Position numbers and translations under genes: made by a program. The notes beneath the pieces were generated by a model, which searched no databases, had not been told where the DNA came from, and was given only the letters and a program-made list of their open reading frames with translations. Shown here one piece after another: positions 51,806-61,826 of a DNA stretch of 64,000 bases. This stretch comes from an uncultured delta proteobacterium (lineage in GTDB: Bacteria > Myxococcota_A > Polyangia > Polyangiales > Polyangiaceae), in NCBI GenBank assembly GCA_963806225.1, contig CAWDXG010000004.1, forward strand, positions 736,001-800,000, given 5' to 3'. Position 1 is the first letter of the stretch; each line of letters starts with the position of its first letter.

Positions 51806-52072
51806 GCACCGGAGCCTAGCGGATCGAGCCGCGGCATTGGCCGGATTGTGGCCCTGCCTTGCACGGTCCCCGCCGAAGAAATGCCGAAAAAACGCCAAAG
51901 AGGGCGGCCAGCAAGCCCGGATGCGCGGGGCGGCCGGGCCCTGACGGCGGGCAACGTGAATCCATCGGTTTCGGCAAGGACCCAAACGGTGATAAAACCG
52001 CGCCGCCCCGGAGCGAGGCACACCCAGCGGGCGGTGGTCAGCATCCGGGGGCGGAAAGCGATAAGAGGGAAC

Positions 52073-54613
52073 ATGAGAAGGAGCACCGGTCTTTCATCCC
52101 TGTCACTGCTCGGGATCCTCGCGTTGGCAGGCACCGCCGCCGCGCAGATGCCGCCCCCGTCCCCGCCTCCGGGTCAACCCGGGCAGCCTGTGCCGCAGCC
52201 ACAGCCGCAGCCCGGCCAGCCGCAACCCGGCCAGCCCGGCATGCAGCCGGGCATGCGGCCGCCACCGGGCCAGCCTCCGATGGGGCAGCCGGCGCAGCCG
52301 GGCACGGGCGCCAGCGGCAACGCGGGCTTCTCCTTCGGTGGCCAGGGCGGCGGCTTCGGCGCCCAGGGCGAGACGAACGTGCCGCCCCCCGGCGGCGGGG
52401 AGATGAGCCCCGAAGACAAGCTGGCGTGGCGCCGTGAGTCGCTGCACCTGCAGAACTCGCTCTCGGCCTCGACCGGTCTGCTCCACATCTCCGAGGCGGG
52501 GTCTGGCGCGCCAGGCACCTTCCGGGTGTCTTTCCTGACGAGCTACTTCGGCGGTTCGGGCTTCCTGTGCGACGGGAACAATTGTCCCGAGCCGGTCGCA
52601 GGCGCCGGCGCCAGCAAGGACAGCGTCAGCCGCATCGGTGCGCACATCGGCCTTTCCGCGACGATCCTGCCGTTTTTCGAGGCCTACGCGGGGCTGCACT
52701 CCTACGCGACCTCGAACAACCAGGGCCGCCCCGAGCTGTTGCAGGTACTCGGCGACACCGACCTCGGCCTGAAGTTCTTCAACCCCAAGACGCCCGACGG
52801 GATCTTCTCGGTCGGCGGCGAGCTGCAGCTGTGGCTGCTCAACGGGACCGGCAGCGTCGGTCTGAACGGCAGCGGCACGAGCTTCGCCATCCGCGCCCTC
52901 GGCACGATGGACCTGCACAACCGCACGAACCCCGCGGATCGCATCCCGTTCAAGGCTCACCTGAACCTCGGCTACATGCTCGATAACTCGGGCAAGCTGG
53001 TCTCGGATGTCGAGGACAAGCGCGGCCGTCCGATCACCCGCATCGAGCGCTTCGGCCTCAACATCAACAAGGTGGACAGCTTCCAGATCGGCATCGGCGC
53101 CGAGGGCGTGTGGGACGTGGTGCGTCCCTTCGCCGAGTGGACGTTCGATGTGCCGGTCAATCGGCAGAACTACACCTGCAACGAGAGCCTCAGGTTCCAG
53201 GGCGACGGCTGCCTGGGTAACGACGCCGGCTTCAAGACGACGCCTTCGCGGGTCACGCTGGGCGCCAGGGTGTTCCCCTGGCTCGACGGGCTGGCGCTGA
53301 CGGCGGCCTTCGACATCGGCACCGGGGCGACCTCGCACTTCATCGAGGAGGTCTCGCCGGAGCTGCCGTGGAACCTCTACCTCGGCGTCGGCTACGCCTT
53401 CGACACGCAGAAGCCGAAGCCGATCATCAAGAAGATCCCGGTGGAGCAGCCCGCGCCGACGCCCGCGCCGACGAAGCACTTCATCGGCGGCTCGGTGGTG
53501 GAAAAGGGCAACAACAAGCCCGTTGCAGGTGCCATCCTCCACTACGACGGACGCAACCTCACCGGCATGGTCACCGCCGACGACGGCAAGTTCAAGACGA
53601 TGGATCTGCCGCCCGGGACCTACACCTTCAACATCAAGGCCGACGGCTATCGCGACGGGCAGTGCTCGGCGACGATCCCGCCCGACGCGATGGGCGGCAT
53701 GATGGGTCGCCCGGGCATGCAGCCCATGGGTCGCCCGGGCATGCAGCCGATGGGTCAGCCCGGCATGCAGCCGCCCGGTCAGCCCGGCATGCAGCCGCCC
53801 GGTCAGCCCGGCATGCAGCCCGGACAGCCCGGCATGCAGCCCGGACAGCCCGGTCAGCCCGGGCAGCCGATGCAGCCTGGCATGGTGCCGCCTGGCGGCG
53901 CGGTGTCCGGCGGCGGCGTCGGAGGTCCGGTGACTGTCAATGTGCAGTGCGAGCTCGAGGCACTGCCCAAGGTGGGCAATGTCGTCGGCACGCTGATCGA
54001 CGCGGACAGCAGCAATCCGGTCGCCAATGCCAAGGTCAAGATCACCGACAAGCTCAACCGCGAGCTGGAGCTGACCTCGGACGCCTCGGGCGCATTCCGC
54101 TTCGAGAACGTGCCGCCGGGGCCGGTGAAGATCACGGTGGACGCCGACGGGTTCCTGCCGAGCGCAACGGAGCTGGAGGTCAAGCCGCGCGAGGATGTGA
54201 AGGCGCGCATCTCGATCAACAAGCGCCCGAAGCGCCCGAACGTTGTGGTGACCTACAAGGAGCTGAAGCTCAAGAAGCGCATCCACTTCCAGCACGACTC
54301 GGCCGACGTTCTGCCCGACTCGATGTCCATCCTGCAGGAGTTGGCGGACGTGCTGAAGCACCGCACCGACATCCAGCAGGTGGAAATCCAGGGCCACACG
54401 GACAACACCGGCACGGCGCCCTACAACATGCGCCTCAGCCAGCAGCGGGCCGACGCCGTCCGCGATGCGCTGGTCAACCTCGGCGTGGAGCCGGACCGGC
54501 TCACCGCCAAGGGCTACGGCCAGACGAAGCCGCTCGTCCCGAACGTGTCGGACGCGAACCGCGCTCGCAACCGCCGCGTGCAGATCATCATCACCAAGCG
54601 CGGCAAGAAGTAG
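52073..54613 (+). CDS. OmpA-family outer membrane protein (beta-barrel-like region, two carboxypeptidase-regulatory-like domains, OmpA_C)
   Basis: Signal peptide AAA-Q; IQGHTD...LSQQRADAV...RARNRRV; P/Q/G/M-rich linkers. Confidence 0.88.
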   Translation: MRRSTGLSSLSLLGILALAGTAAAQMPPPSPPPGQPGQPVPQPQPQPGQPQPGQPGMQPGMRPPPGQPPMGQPAQPGTGASGNAGFSFGGQGGGFGAQGETNVPPPGGGEMSPEDKLAWRRESLHLQNSLSASTGLLHISEAGSGAPGTFRVSFLTSYFGGSGFLCDGNNCPEPVAGAGASKDSVSRIGAHIGLSATILPFFEAYAGLHSYATSNNQGRPELLQVLGDTDLGLKFFNPKTPDGIFSVGGELQLWLLNGTGSVGLNGSGTSFAIRALGTMDLHNRTNPADRIPFKAHLNLGYMLDNSGKLVSDVEDKRGRPITRIERFGLNINKVDSFQIGIGAEGVWDVVRPFAEWTFDVPVNRQNYTCNESLRFQGDGCLGNDAGFKTTPSRVTLGARVFPWLDGLALTAAFDIGTGATSHFIEEVSPELPWNLYLGVGYAFDTQKPKPIIKKIPVEQPAPTPAPTKHFIGGSVVEKGNNKPVAGAILHYDGRNLTGMVTADDGKFKTMDLPPGTYTFNIKADGYRDGQCSATIPPDAMGGMMGRPGMQPMGRPGMQPMGQPGMQPPGQPGMQPPGQPGMQPGQPGMQPGQPGQPGQPMQPGMVPPGGAVSGGGVGGPVTVNVQCELEALPKVGNVVGTLIDADSSNPVANAKVKITDKLNRELELTSDASGAFRFENVPPGPVKITVDADGFLPSATELEVKPREDVKARISINKRPKRPNVVVTYKELKLKKRIHFQHDSADVLPDSMSILQELADVLKHRTDIQQVEIQGHTDNTGTAPYNMRLSQQRADAVRDALVNLGVEPDRLTAKGYGQTKPLVPNVSDANRARNRRVQIIITKRGKK
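53701..53884 (+). repeat. Coding tandem repeats encoding (MGRPGMQP / PGQPGMQP)n
   Basis: Repeated CCCGGCATGCAGCC units within the OmpA gene. Confidence 0.8.
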
Positions 54614-54697
54614 CAACCCGGTCCGCCGGACGACGGCGCGGAGCCCTCGTGGCTCTGCGCCGTTTCGTTTTTGTGGCGCCCTCGCGGCAAGCCGCGG

Positions 54698-55102
54698 TCA
54701 GGCGCCGTCCGGTTCGCCGCCGTCCTCGTCGTCACCCTCGCCATGAGGCTCGTGCCGGATGTCCTCGAGCAGCTCTTCGACGCGACGGGCAGCGTCGTGA
54801 CCAGTGTCGTAGTCGAAGCGCAGCTCGGGCACCCGGCGCAGCCCGAGCTCGGGCGCCACGCCACGGCGCAGGCGGCCGCCGACCCGCGACAGGCTCTGCA
54901 TCGCCGCGCGGCGCAGCTTCGGGTCGTCATCACCGACCATCAGGCGGACGCCGATATGCGCGATCCCGAGGTCATCGCTCAGCGAGACGCCCGTGATGAC
55001 CAGGGAAGCAAGCCGCTGATCCTCAATCTCGCGGATCAGCGCCCTCCCCAGATAGGCCTGTATGCGCGTAGCCACGCGCTTGGCACGACGACCGTCGCTC
55101 AT
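54698..55102 (-). CDS. rbfA: Ribosome-binding factor A
   Basis: EDQRL...ITGVSLSDDL...LRRVPELRFDYD; operon position. Confidence 0.92.
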   Translation of the reverse strand: MSDGRRAKRVATRIQAYLGRALIREIEDQRLASLVITGVSLSDDLGIAHIGVRLMVGDDDPKLRRAAMQSLSRVGGRLRRGVAPELGLRRVPELRFDYDTGHDAARRVEELLEDIRHEPHGEGDDEDGGEPDGA

Positions 55103-55130
55103 TTCCGCCTTCCGCTCCGCCCCGCCCTCA

Positions 55131-55592
55131 TCACCGGCCCCTGCCCCGCGCCCGTTCGTCGAGGCGACCGTCGAACGGCGCGTCGTCTCCGAAGCCGCCG
55201 TCGAGCTCGTCCTCGCCGTCTTCCGCCATCGGGCGGCCACCGCCCTCGGCGATCTCGCTGACGAGCACGTGCTCGATGCCGCCGCGGAGTCCGCTCCCAC
55301 CCGCTCCGAACGACACGACCTCGGTGGCGATGTCCGCCACCAGCGCATCGCCCAGGCCGCCGGCAATGCTCGTCGCATGCGACAGCACCTCGCGGCAGCG
55401 CGACGCATCGCCCGACACGACACAGAGCCCCAGCGTCGCCACCTGCCGGAGCTCCACGTCCCCGACCTCGGCGACGGACACCGGCAGCCGCGCCCGCACG
55501 CGGTCCTTGAAGCTCTTGACCACGCGCCGCCGGTCCTTCAAGGACCGGGCCCCCGGGATCTGCAGCACGATACGAGCAACGCCGATGAACAT
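55131..55592 (-). CDS. ylxP: DUF503 protein
   Basis: IPGARSLKDRRRVVKS...VSVAEV; between infB and rbfA. Confidence 0.88.
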   Translation of the reverse strand: MFIGVARIVLQIPGARSLKDRRRVVKSFKDRVRARLPVSVAEVGDVELRQVATLGLCVVSGDASRCREVLSHATSIAGGLGDALVADIATEVVSFGAGGSGLRGGIEHVLVSEIAEGGGRPMAEDGEDELDGGFGDDAPFDGRLDERARGRGR

Positions 55593-55598
55593 CGCGCG

Positions 55599-58217
55599 CT
55601 AGAGCGTCTGCTTGACCTCTTCGACCTCGAAGGCCTCGATGATATCGCCTTCCTTGATGTCGTTCTGGCCCTCGAGCGAGATGCCGCACTCGAAGCCTTC
55701 CTTGACCTCGCGGGCGTCTTCCTTGAAGCGCTTCAGGCCCTCGATCTTGCCTTCCCACACTTGCTTGCCCTCGCGGAACAGGCGGCCGCTTGCGTTGCGG
55801 CGGACCAGCCCCTCGATGACCATGCAGCCGGCAACCGTGCCCGCCTTGGAGATGCGGAACACCTGCCGGACCTCGGCCTTGCCAAGCGCCTTTTCCACCA
55901 GCTTCGGCGCCAGCATGCCCTCCATGGCCGCCTTCACGTCGTCGACAACGTTGTAGATGACGTTGTACTGGCGGATCTCGATGCTTTCCTTCTGGGCCAG
56001 GGAACTGGCCTTGCCCGCCGGGCGCACGTTGAAGCCGATGATGATGGCGCCCGCGGCGACCGCGAGGTTCACGTCGCCTTCGGTGATGGCGCCGACGGCC
56101 GCGTGCACCACGCTGACCTTGACCTTCTCGGTGCTGAGCTTCTGGAGCGACTCGGCGAGCGCTTCCACCGAGCCCTGCACGTCGGCCTTGACGATGACCT
56201 TGAGCTCGAGCTGCTCGTCTTCGCTCATGGCGCGGGCCAGGTCCTCGAGCGACATGCGCTGCGCGCCGCCGGCCGGCATCAGGCTGCGACGCTCCTTGAT
56301 CTTGCGCGTGTCCGCGATTTCCTGGGCCTTCTTCATGTCGGTGACGACATGGACGGGGTCACCCGCGGACGGCACGTCGTTCAGACCGATGACCGAGACC
56401 GGGATTGCCGGGCCGGCCGCACCGACGTTGTGCGCCTTGGCGTCCAGCATCGCACGCACCTTGCCGTAGGCGGCACCCGCGAGGATCACGTCCCCGCGAT
56501 TCAGCGTGCCTTCGGTGACGAGCACGGTCGCGACCGGGCCCTTGCCGCGGTCGAGCTGGGCTTCGACCACCACGCCGACGGCGGGCTTGTCGGGATTTGC
56601 CTTGAGGTCCAGCACCTCGGCCTGCAGCACGACCTGCTCGAGCAGCTCGTCGACGCCCTGGCGCGTGACAGCGCTGACCTCCGTGAATAGCGTGTCGCCA
56701 CCCCATTCCTCGGGCACCAGGCCAACCTCGCTGAGCTCGCGGCGCACGCGCTCGGGCTGCGCGTCCGGCTTGTCGCACTTGTTGATGGCGACCACAATCG
56801 GCACCTTCGCCGCGCGGGCGTGGTTCACCGCCTCCTTGGTCTGCGGCATCACGCCGTCGTCGGCCGCGACGACCAGGATCACGATGTCCGTGGTCTGCGC
56901 GCCGCGCGCGCGCATGGCGGTGAACGCCTCGTGACCCGGCGTGTCGAGGAAGGTGATGCGGCCGCGCGGCGTGTCGACGCTGTAGGCGCCGATGTGCTGC
57001 GTGATACCGCCGGCTTCGCCGGCCACCACGTTCGCCTTGCGGATCTGATCAAGCAGGCTCGTCTTGCCGTGGTCGACGTGACCCATCACCGTGACGACGG
57101 GCGGCCGCGGCTTCTTGTTCTCGTCCTCGTCGGTGGTTTCGAGGCCCTGGGCGGCGACGATCGCCTCCTCCTCGGTCACCGCAACGTCCTCGACCTCCCA
57201 GCCGAACTCGTTGGCGACAATCTTCGCCGTTTCGGCGTCGAGCGTGCTGTTGATGTTCACGCCGGTCATGCCGAGACGGATGAGCTTCATCAAGAGCTCG
57301 GTGGCCTTGATGCCGATCTTGCCGCCCAGCGACTGCAGCCCGACGGAGCCCTCGATCTTGACGACCTTCTTGTGGGCGGAGCGCTCCTGGGTGACCGGCT
57401 GCCCGCTGCCCTTGGGCCGGGACAGCGAGCCGATACCGCGGTGACGCATGCCGCGGCCCATGCGGACCGGACCGCCGCGATGCCGGCCGCCCATGGCGCC
57501 GGGCGCCTTGGCGTCGTACTGCACGCGCCGCGGCGTCGGACCGCCGCGTGGCTGCTGCGGCATGGGCACACCGGGGCGGCCCTCCCGAACGTCGATACCG
57601 GTCTTGGGCGGGCTCGACGGCCGCGCGGGCGGCGGAGGCGGCGGCTCGGGCTTCTTCTCCGCCGGCGCCGGGACGGGCTTGGCTGCCGCGGCGGGCTTCG
57701 CCTCGGCGGCGGGTGCCGGCTCGGGCTTCTTGTCGACCTGCGCCGGTTCGGGCGCCGCGGCGGCCGGCCTTTCGTCGGCCCTGGCGGGAGCCGGCTCCGG
57801 CTCGGCAGGCTCGGGCGCCTTGGCTACGGGAGCCGCCGGCGGCTCGGCCGCAGGTGCGGGCTTCTCGACAGCCGGTTCGGCAGCCGGTGCCGGGGCGACG
57901 GGAGCAGCCTTGGCCCGCTTCTGCACGGCGGGAGCCGGGGCCGGTTTGGCCTCCGCTGCCACTTCTTTCTCTTTCGGCGGAGCGGGCTTCTTGATCGCGC
58001 GGCGCTTGACGACCGTGGGCCGGATGCGCTCCTCGACGACTTTCTGCGCCTTCTGCTTCTCGAGGTGACGCTTGACGCGGTCGACCGCTTCAGGCGCAAC
58101 CGCGCTCATGTGATTGCGCACCTCGGAAACCCCGACAGACTGGAACAGGGCGACCAGCGCCTTGTTGTCCATGCCCAGATCGCGGGCAACCTCGTAGACA
58201 CGCACCTTGCTGCTCAT
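55599..58217 (-). CDS. infB: Translation initiation factor IF-2
   Basis: RVYEVA N-domain, [25 protein letters not shown]. Confidence 0.99.
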   Translation of the reverse strand: MSSKVRVYEVARDLGMDNKALVALFQSVGVSEVRNHMSAVAPEAVDRVKRHLEKQKAQKVVEERIRPTVVKRRAIKKPAPPKEKEVAAEAKPAPAPAVQKRAKAAPVAPAPAAEPAVEKPAPAAEPPAAPVAKAPEPAEPEPAPARADERPAAAAPEPAQVDKKPEPAPAAEAKPAAAAKPVPAPAEKKPEPPPPPPARPSSPPKTGIDVREGRPGVPMPQQPRGGPTPRRVQYDAKAPGAMGGRHRGGPVRMGRGMRHRGIGSLSRPKGSGQPVTQERSAHKKVVKIEGSVGLQSLGGKIGIKATELLMKLIRLGMTGVNINSTLDAETAKIVANEFGWEVEDVAVTEEEAIVAAQGLETTDEDENKKPRPPVVTVMGHVDHGKTSLLDQIRKANVVAGEAGGITQHIGAYSVDTPRGRITFLDTPGHEAFTAMRARGAQTTDIVILVVAADDGVMPQTKEAVNHARAAKVPIVVAINKCDKPDAQPERVRRELSEVGLVPEEWGGDTLFTEVSAVTRQGVDELLEQVVLQAEVLDLKANPDKPAVGVVVEAQLDRGKGPVATVLVTEGTLNRGDVILAGAAYGKVRAMLDAKAHNVGAAGPAIPVSVIGLNDVPSAGDPVHVVTDMKKAQEIADTRKIKERRSLMPAGGAQRMSLEDLARAMSEDEQLELKVIVKADVQGSVEALAESLQKLSTEKVKVSVVHAAVGAITEGDVNLAVAAGAIIIGFNVRPAGKASSLAQKESIEIRQYNVIYNVVDDVKAAMEGMLAPKLVEKALGKAEVRQVFRISKAGTVAGCMVIEGLVRRNASGRLFREGKQVWEGKIEGLKRFKEDAREVKEGFECGISLEGQNDIKEGDIIEAFEVEEVKQTL

Positions 58218-58873
58218 CGAACCTCCGTGGAAACGTCCGCCCTGACGTTCCTCGAACCACTCGGCGCCGTGACATGCGCCATCTCGATCACCTTCGACAG
58301 GGCGTTGGCGAAGCCCTCGTCGAGGACCGCAACCACACCCACCTCGCTCCGGCCCACAGCACGGCCGATCGCGTCCTTGCTACCCCACGCCGCCGCGCGT
58401 CCCGCCCGCACGGCTTCCTCGACCCACGGCGTCGCAGCGGCAGCCCGCGCGTCCGTCGCAACGACGACCCGGAGTGCGCTACCAGCGATGAGCGCTTCCT
58501 TGACCGCCTCGGAACCGATCGCGAGCTGGCCGGCACGGCGGGCCGCGGAGAGCAGACCTTCAACCCGGCGGCTCGCCGCGTCGGCGAGCGCCGTCGCCAG
58601 CGCGGGCGCCGACGTGGTGACCTGCGCGCGGAAACTGCGCGCGAGCCCGCCGCGTGCGGCCCCTTCCAGGCAATCCGGGCGCGGATGCAGCCACGCGCCG
58701 CGCCCGAAAGCGCTGCCCGCGACGTCCGGCACAATCTCGCCCTCGGGACCGAGCACGACGCGGACCAGCTCGCCCTGCGGGACCTCGGCGCGGCAACCCG
58801 CGCACGTCCGCACCGGGCTCCGCCGCGGACGGCGGGCCGACGGACTCTGCTGGGTGCGGGTCGCGGCCATCAT
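58214..58873 (-). CDS. YlxR (DUF448/RnpM) fused to an L7Ae-like (YlxQ) domain
   Basis: PVRTCAGCR...GRGAWLH...C, then LLSAARRAGQLAIG...ATDA...IGRAVGR. Confidence 0.85.
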   Translation of the reverse strand: MMAATRTQQSPSARRPRRSPVRTCAGCRAEVPQGELVRVVLGPEGEIVPDVAGSAFGRGAWLHPRPDCLEGAARGGLARSFRAQVTTSAPALATALADAASRRVEGLLSAARRAGQLAIGSEAVKEALIAGSALRVVVATDARAAAATPWVEEAVRAGRAAAWGSKDAIGRAVGRSEVGVVAVLDEGFANALSKVIEMAHVTAPSGSRNVRADVSTEVR

Positions 58874-58892
58874 GCCTCGTATCGTGCTCCTG

Positions 58893-60563
58893 CTACTGCT
58901 TCGCGCTCGCTTCAACCGCCGACGGAGCTTCCGCCGGCTCGGGAGCGTTGGCCTGTGCGCTGGCACGCGCCGCTTCGATCTCCGGCGCCTCGCTCTCGAG
59001 GAAGTACACCGCGCCCTGCTGCACCTGGCGTGCCTTCTTGATGCCGAGCCCGGTCTTGATGGCAAGCCGATCCGGATCCTCGCGCGACAGGTCCGCCACC
59101 GAGCGGTAGCCGGCCTCCTCGAGCAGCTGCAGCGTGCGCAATCCCACGCCGCGTACGAAGCGCAGCTTGTCGCGCTCGGTCAAGGGCTCGACGCGGCTGG
59201 AGGCCTGATCGATGCGATCCTTGCGCAGGCGCTCCATGGTCGTCTCGGCGCGCTCCTTGAGCGACTGCGCCGCTTCCGGCGTGCCGAGGCCCTGGATCGG
59301 CACCAGCTCCTCCACGGTGGCCTCGGCGATCTCCTCGAGCGCGCGGAAGCCGAGCCGGTACATGGCGCGGGCGAGATCCTCGTCCACGTCGTCGATCTCG
59401 CGCAGCGCCTGCAGCGCCTCCTCTTCCATCTGCTTGAACTTGCTCTCGCTGATGATGTCGAGCTTCCAGCCGGTGAGCTGGGAGGCGAGCCGCACGTTCT
59501 GGCCCTTGCGGCCGATGGCGAGCGAGAGCTTCTCGTCGGGCACCACCAGCTCCATGCGGTGGTCAGCCTCGTCGACGATAACCTTGTTCACCTCCGCCGG
59601 CTGGATGGCGTTGATGATATAGCGCGCCGGATCGCGGTCGAACGGCACGATGTCGATCTTCTCGCCGCGGAGCTCCTGCACCACGGCCTGCACGCGCGAG
59701 CCCTTGATGCCCACGCACGCGCCCACCGGATCCACATCCGAGTCGCGCGTCGTGACCGAGATCTTGCTGCGCGAGCCGGGCTCGCGCGCCACGCCGACGA
59801 TCTTGACGATACCCTCGTAGATCTCCGGCACCTCGGCCTCGAACAGCTTCTCCACCAGATGCGGATCGCTGCGGCTGAGGATGATCATCGGGCCGCGTGC
59901 CTCGCGGTCGATGTTCTTCACGAACGCCACGATGCGGTCGCCGGGGCGGTAGGTCTCGCGCGGCGTCTGCTCGCGGGAGGGCAGGACGCCCTCCGTCCGC
60001 CCGAGGTCCACGATGATGTTGTGGCCCTTCTCGAAGCGCCGGATGATGCCGCGGATCAGCTGACCCTGGCGGTCCTTGTACTCGTTGAAGATGATGTCGC
60101 GCTCGGCGTCGCGGACGCGCTGCAGGAGCACCTGCTTGGCCGTCTGCGCTGCGATACGGCCGAATGCGCTCCGCGCCTGCTTCATGTCCAGCACCGCGCC
60201 GAATTCCTTGTCCTGCTGGCGCGCGCGCTCGGCGTCACGCGGATGCCAGAACACCTGGAAACCGAGCTCCTCGCCGGTTTCCGCCTCCAGGCCGTGCTTG
60301 CGCGCGTCTTCCAGCGCGATCTCGCGCTCGGGCTCCTCCACCTCTTCCACGACCGTCATGTACTGGAAGAGATCGATCTGCCCCGTATCGGGGTTGAAGC
60401 GCGCCTCGAGCTCGCGCGTCGGCCCGAACGCCGCCTGCGCCGCCTTGAGGATCGCCGCCTCCATCGTCTCGATGAGGATCTGCTTGTCGATGCCCTTTTC
60501 CTGGGCAACCTGCTCGACAATGCTGCCGAGATCGATGTCGAAGCCTGCTCCGTGAGCTGCCAT
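58893..60563 (-). CDS. nusA: Transcription factor NusA with C-terminal HhH repeats
   Basis: [35 protein letters not shown]. Confidence 0.98.
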   Translation of the reverse strand: MAAHGAGFDIDLGSIVEQVAQEKGIDKQILIETMEAAILKAAQAAFGPTRELEARFNPDTGQIDLFQYMTVVEEVEEPEREIALEDARKHGLEAETGEELGFQVFWHPRDAERARQQDKEFGAVLDMKQARSAFGRIAAQTAKQVLLQRVRDAERDIIFNEYKDRQGQLIRGIIRRFEKGHNIIVDLGRTEGVLPSREQTPRETYRPGDRIVAFVKNIDREARGPMIILSRSDPHLVEKLFEAEVPEIYEGIVKIVGVAREPGSRSKISVTTRDSDVDPVGACVGIKGSRVQAVVQELRGEKIDIVPFDRDPARYIINAIQPAEVNKVIVDEADHRMELVVPDEKLSLAIGRKGQNVRLASQLTGWKLDIISESKFKQMEEEALQALREIDDVDEDLARAMYRLGFRALEEIAEATVEELVPIQGLGTPEAAQSLKERAETTMERLRKDRIDQASSRVEPLTERDKLRFVRGVGLRTLQLLEEAGYRSVADLSREDPDRLAIKTGLGIKKARQVQQGAVYFLESEAPEIEAARASAQANAPEPAEAPSAVEASAKQ

Positions 60564-60565
60564 GA

Positions 60566-61156
60566 TCACCTGCTCCGCTCTGGCTTGTGGGCCTTCTGCC
60601 CACTACCCGCTGATTGCCGGCGAGCCCTGGGCTTGCCGGCAGATGCCCCGCCCCGTTTCCAGTCGAACTGGAGGCGGCCGCTGTCGATGACGTCGATCTC
60701 GAGACCGAGTTCCCCCCGGTCGGTCTCGATCACGACACGGCCCTCGTCGTCGAGGCCGTGAAGGGTACCGTGCAGGACGCGCTGGCCGTCGACGACCTGG
60801 CGCAGCTTGAGCCGCGCGTTCTGTCCCGCGAAGCGCGCGTAGTCGGCTGCGCTGTACAGGGCCCGCTCGAGCCCCGGAGAGCCGACCTGCAGGCGATAGC
60901 TCTGCGGGATCGCGTCGGCCACGTCGAGCGCCGCGGACAGATCCCGCGAGATCTCCGAGCACAGGTCGATGGTGATGCCGGCGCCCGGCACCTTCGAGTC
61001 CGGCCGCTCCAGCGTGAGCTCGAGCACGCGACCGCCCGCGTCCGTACGCCAGCAGAGCTCCACTCCCTCGACACCATGCGCACGCAGCACGGGCTCGACG
61101 GCCGCGAGAACGCGGTCGCGATCGAGTCCCTTGAGCTGTTCGTGAGCGATGTTCAT
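60566..61156 (-). CDS. rimP: Ribosome maturation factor RimP
   Basis: GITIDLCSEISR...LDV...YRLQVGSPGLER. Confidence 0.95.
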   Translation of the reverse strand: MNIAHEQLKGLDRDRVLAAVEPVLRAHGVEGVELCWRTDAGGRVLELTLERPDSKVPGAGITIDLCSEISRDLSAALDVADAIPQSYRLQVGSPGLERALYSAADYARFAGQNARLKLRQVVDGQRVLHGTLHGLDDEGRVVIETDRGELGLEIDVIDSGRLQFDWKRGGASAGKPRARRQSAGSGQKAHKPERSR

Positions 61157-61212
61157 GAGGATGCGAGTGCCAGATTCCGGATGGAAACCGCCCCATCGGC
61201 CGGGCGCTGGGT

Positions 61213-61244
61213 AAAAAAAAACGGACCCTGTGAAGGGGGCCCGC
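61213..61244 (-). terminator. rimP-leader intrinsic terminator/attenuator
   Basis: GCGGGCCC-loop-GGGTCCGT stem running into a U9 tract, between the promoter and rimP. Confidence 0.75.
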
Positions 61245-61273
61245 GAGCAGGATCCACCCGGTTGTCGGCGCGG

Positions 61274-61302
61274 ACTCTAACCGAGCAGAGCTCCCTGCGC
61301 AA
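61274..61302 (-). promoter_or_regulatory. Putative sigma70 promoter of the rimP-nusA-infB operon
   Basis: TTGCGC-N17-TAGAGT. Confidence 0.55.
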
Positions 61303-61493
61303 GCGGCCCCGCAAGGGGCGGAACCGCTCTGGATTGTGGATCAATCCCCCGCCCGCGCCAGCCCCTTCGCGGGCCATTTTCCGGCTCCTTCTGGAGGGTC
61401 CGTCGTTCCACGGCCCGGGACGGGCTCCACCGCGCGGCCCGGCCGCCCGGCACGCAACGCCACGGGAAGCGGGAGAGCGGGAAGCGCGGCGCT

Positions 61494-61692
61494 CGTGCAT
61501 TTCGACGCCGTCAGGCGTCCGGGACGGCGGAAATGCACGCGAGGCGTGCATTTCGACGCCGTCGGGCGTCCGGGACGGCAGAAATGCACGCCTCGCGTGC
61601 ATTTCGATGCCGTCGGGCGTCCGGGACGGCAGAAATGCACGCCTCGCGTGCATTTCGATGCCGTCGGGCGTCCGGGACGGCGGAAATGCACG
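61494..61692. repeat. Four tandem palindromic units (46 bp plus 5-bp linker; period 51), REP/BIME-like
   Basis: Units start at 61494, 61545, 61596 and 61647: CGTGCATTTC-GAY-GCCGTC-RGGCGTCCGG-GACGGC-R-GAAATGCACG. Confidence 0.92.
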
Positions 61693-61826
61693 CGAAGCGC
61701 CGTCGTCGTGCACTGCCCCACGCGACGCATGCGCGCGAACTCGTCCCAAGGGCCCGAAAAGCCGGCGGTCTCGCGACGGCGCTCTGGGCGCCGCGGCTGC
61801 CAGGACCTGCCCCCTTCCCTGCCCGC

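Noticed and set aside
50921..52072. N-terminal extension giving a 1230-aa OmpA protein
   Set aside because: It overlaps the ABC ATPase on the opposite strand; an RBS and signal peptide support the start at 52073.
56820..60761. Long antisense or alternative-frame ORFs (this 1313-aa ORF, 52103-54616, 37669-39609, 7160-9163, 29-1132 and others)
   Set aside because: Shadow ORFs expected from high-GC codon bias opposite well-supported genes; no recognisable motifs.
61494..61692. CRISPR array
   Set aside because: Units are near-identical with only 5-bp linkers, there are no unique spacers, and no cas genes are in the window.
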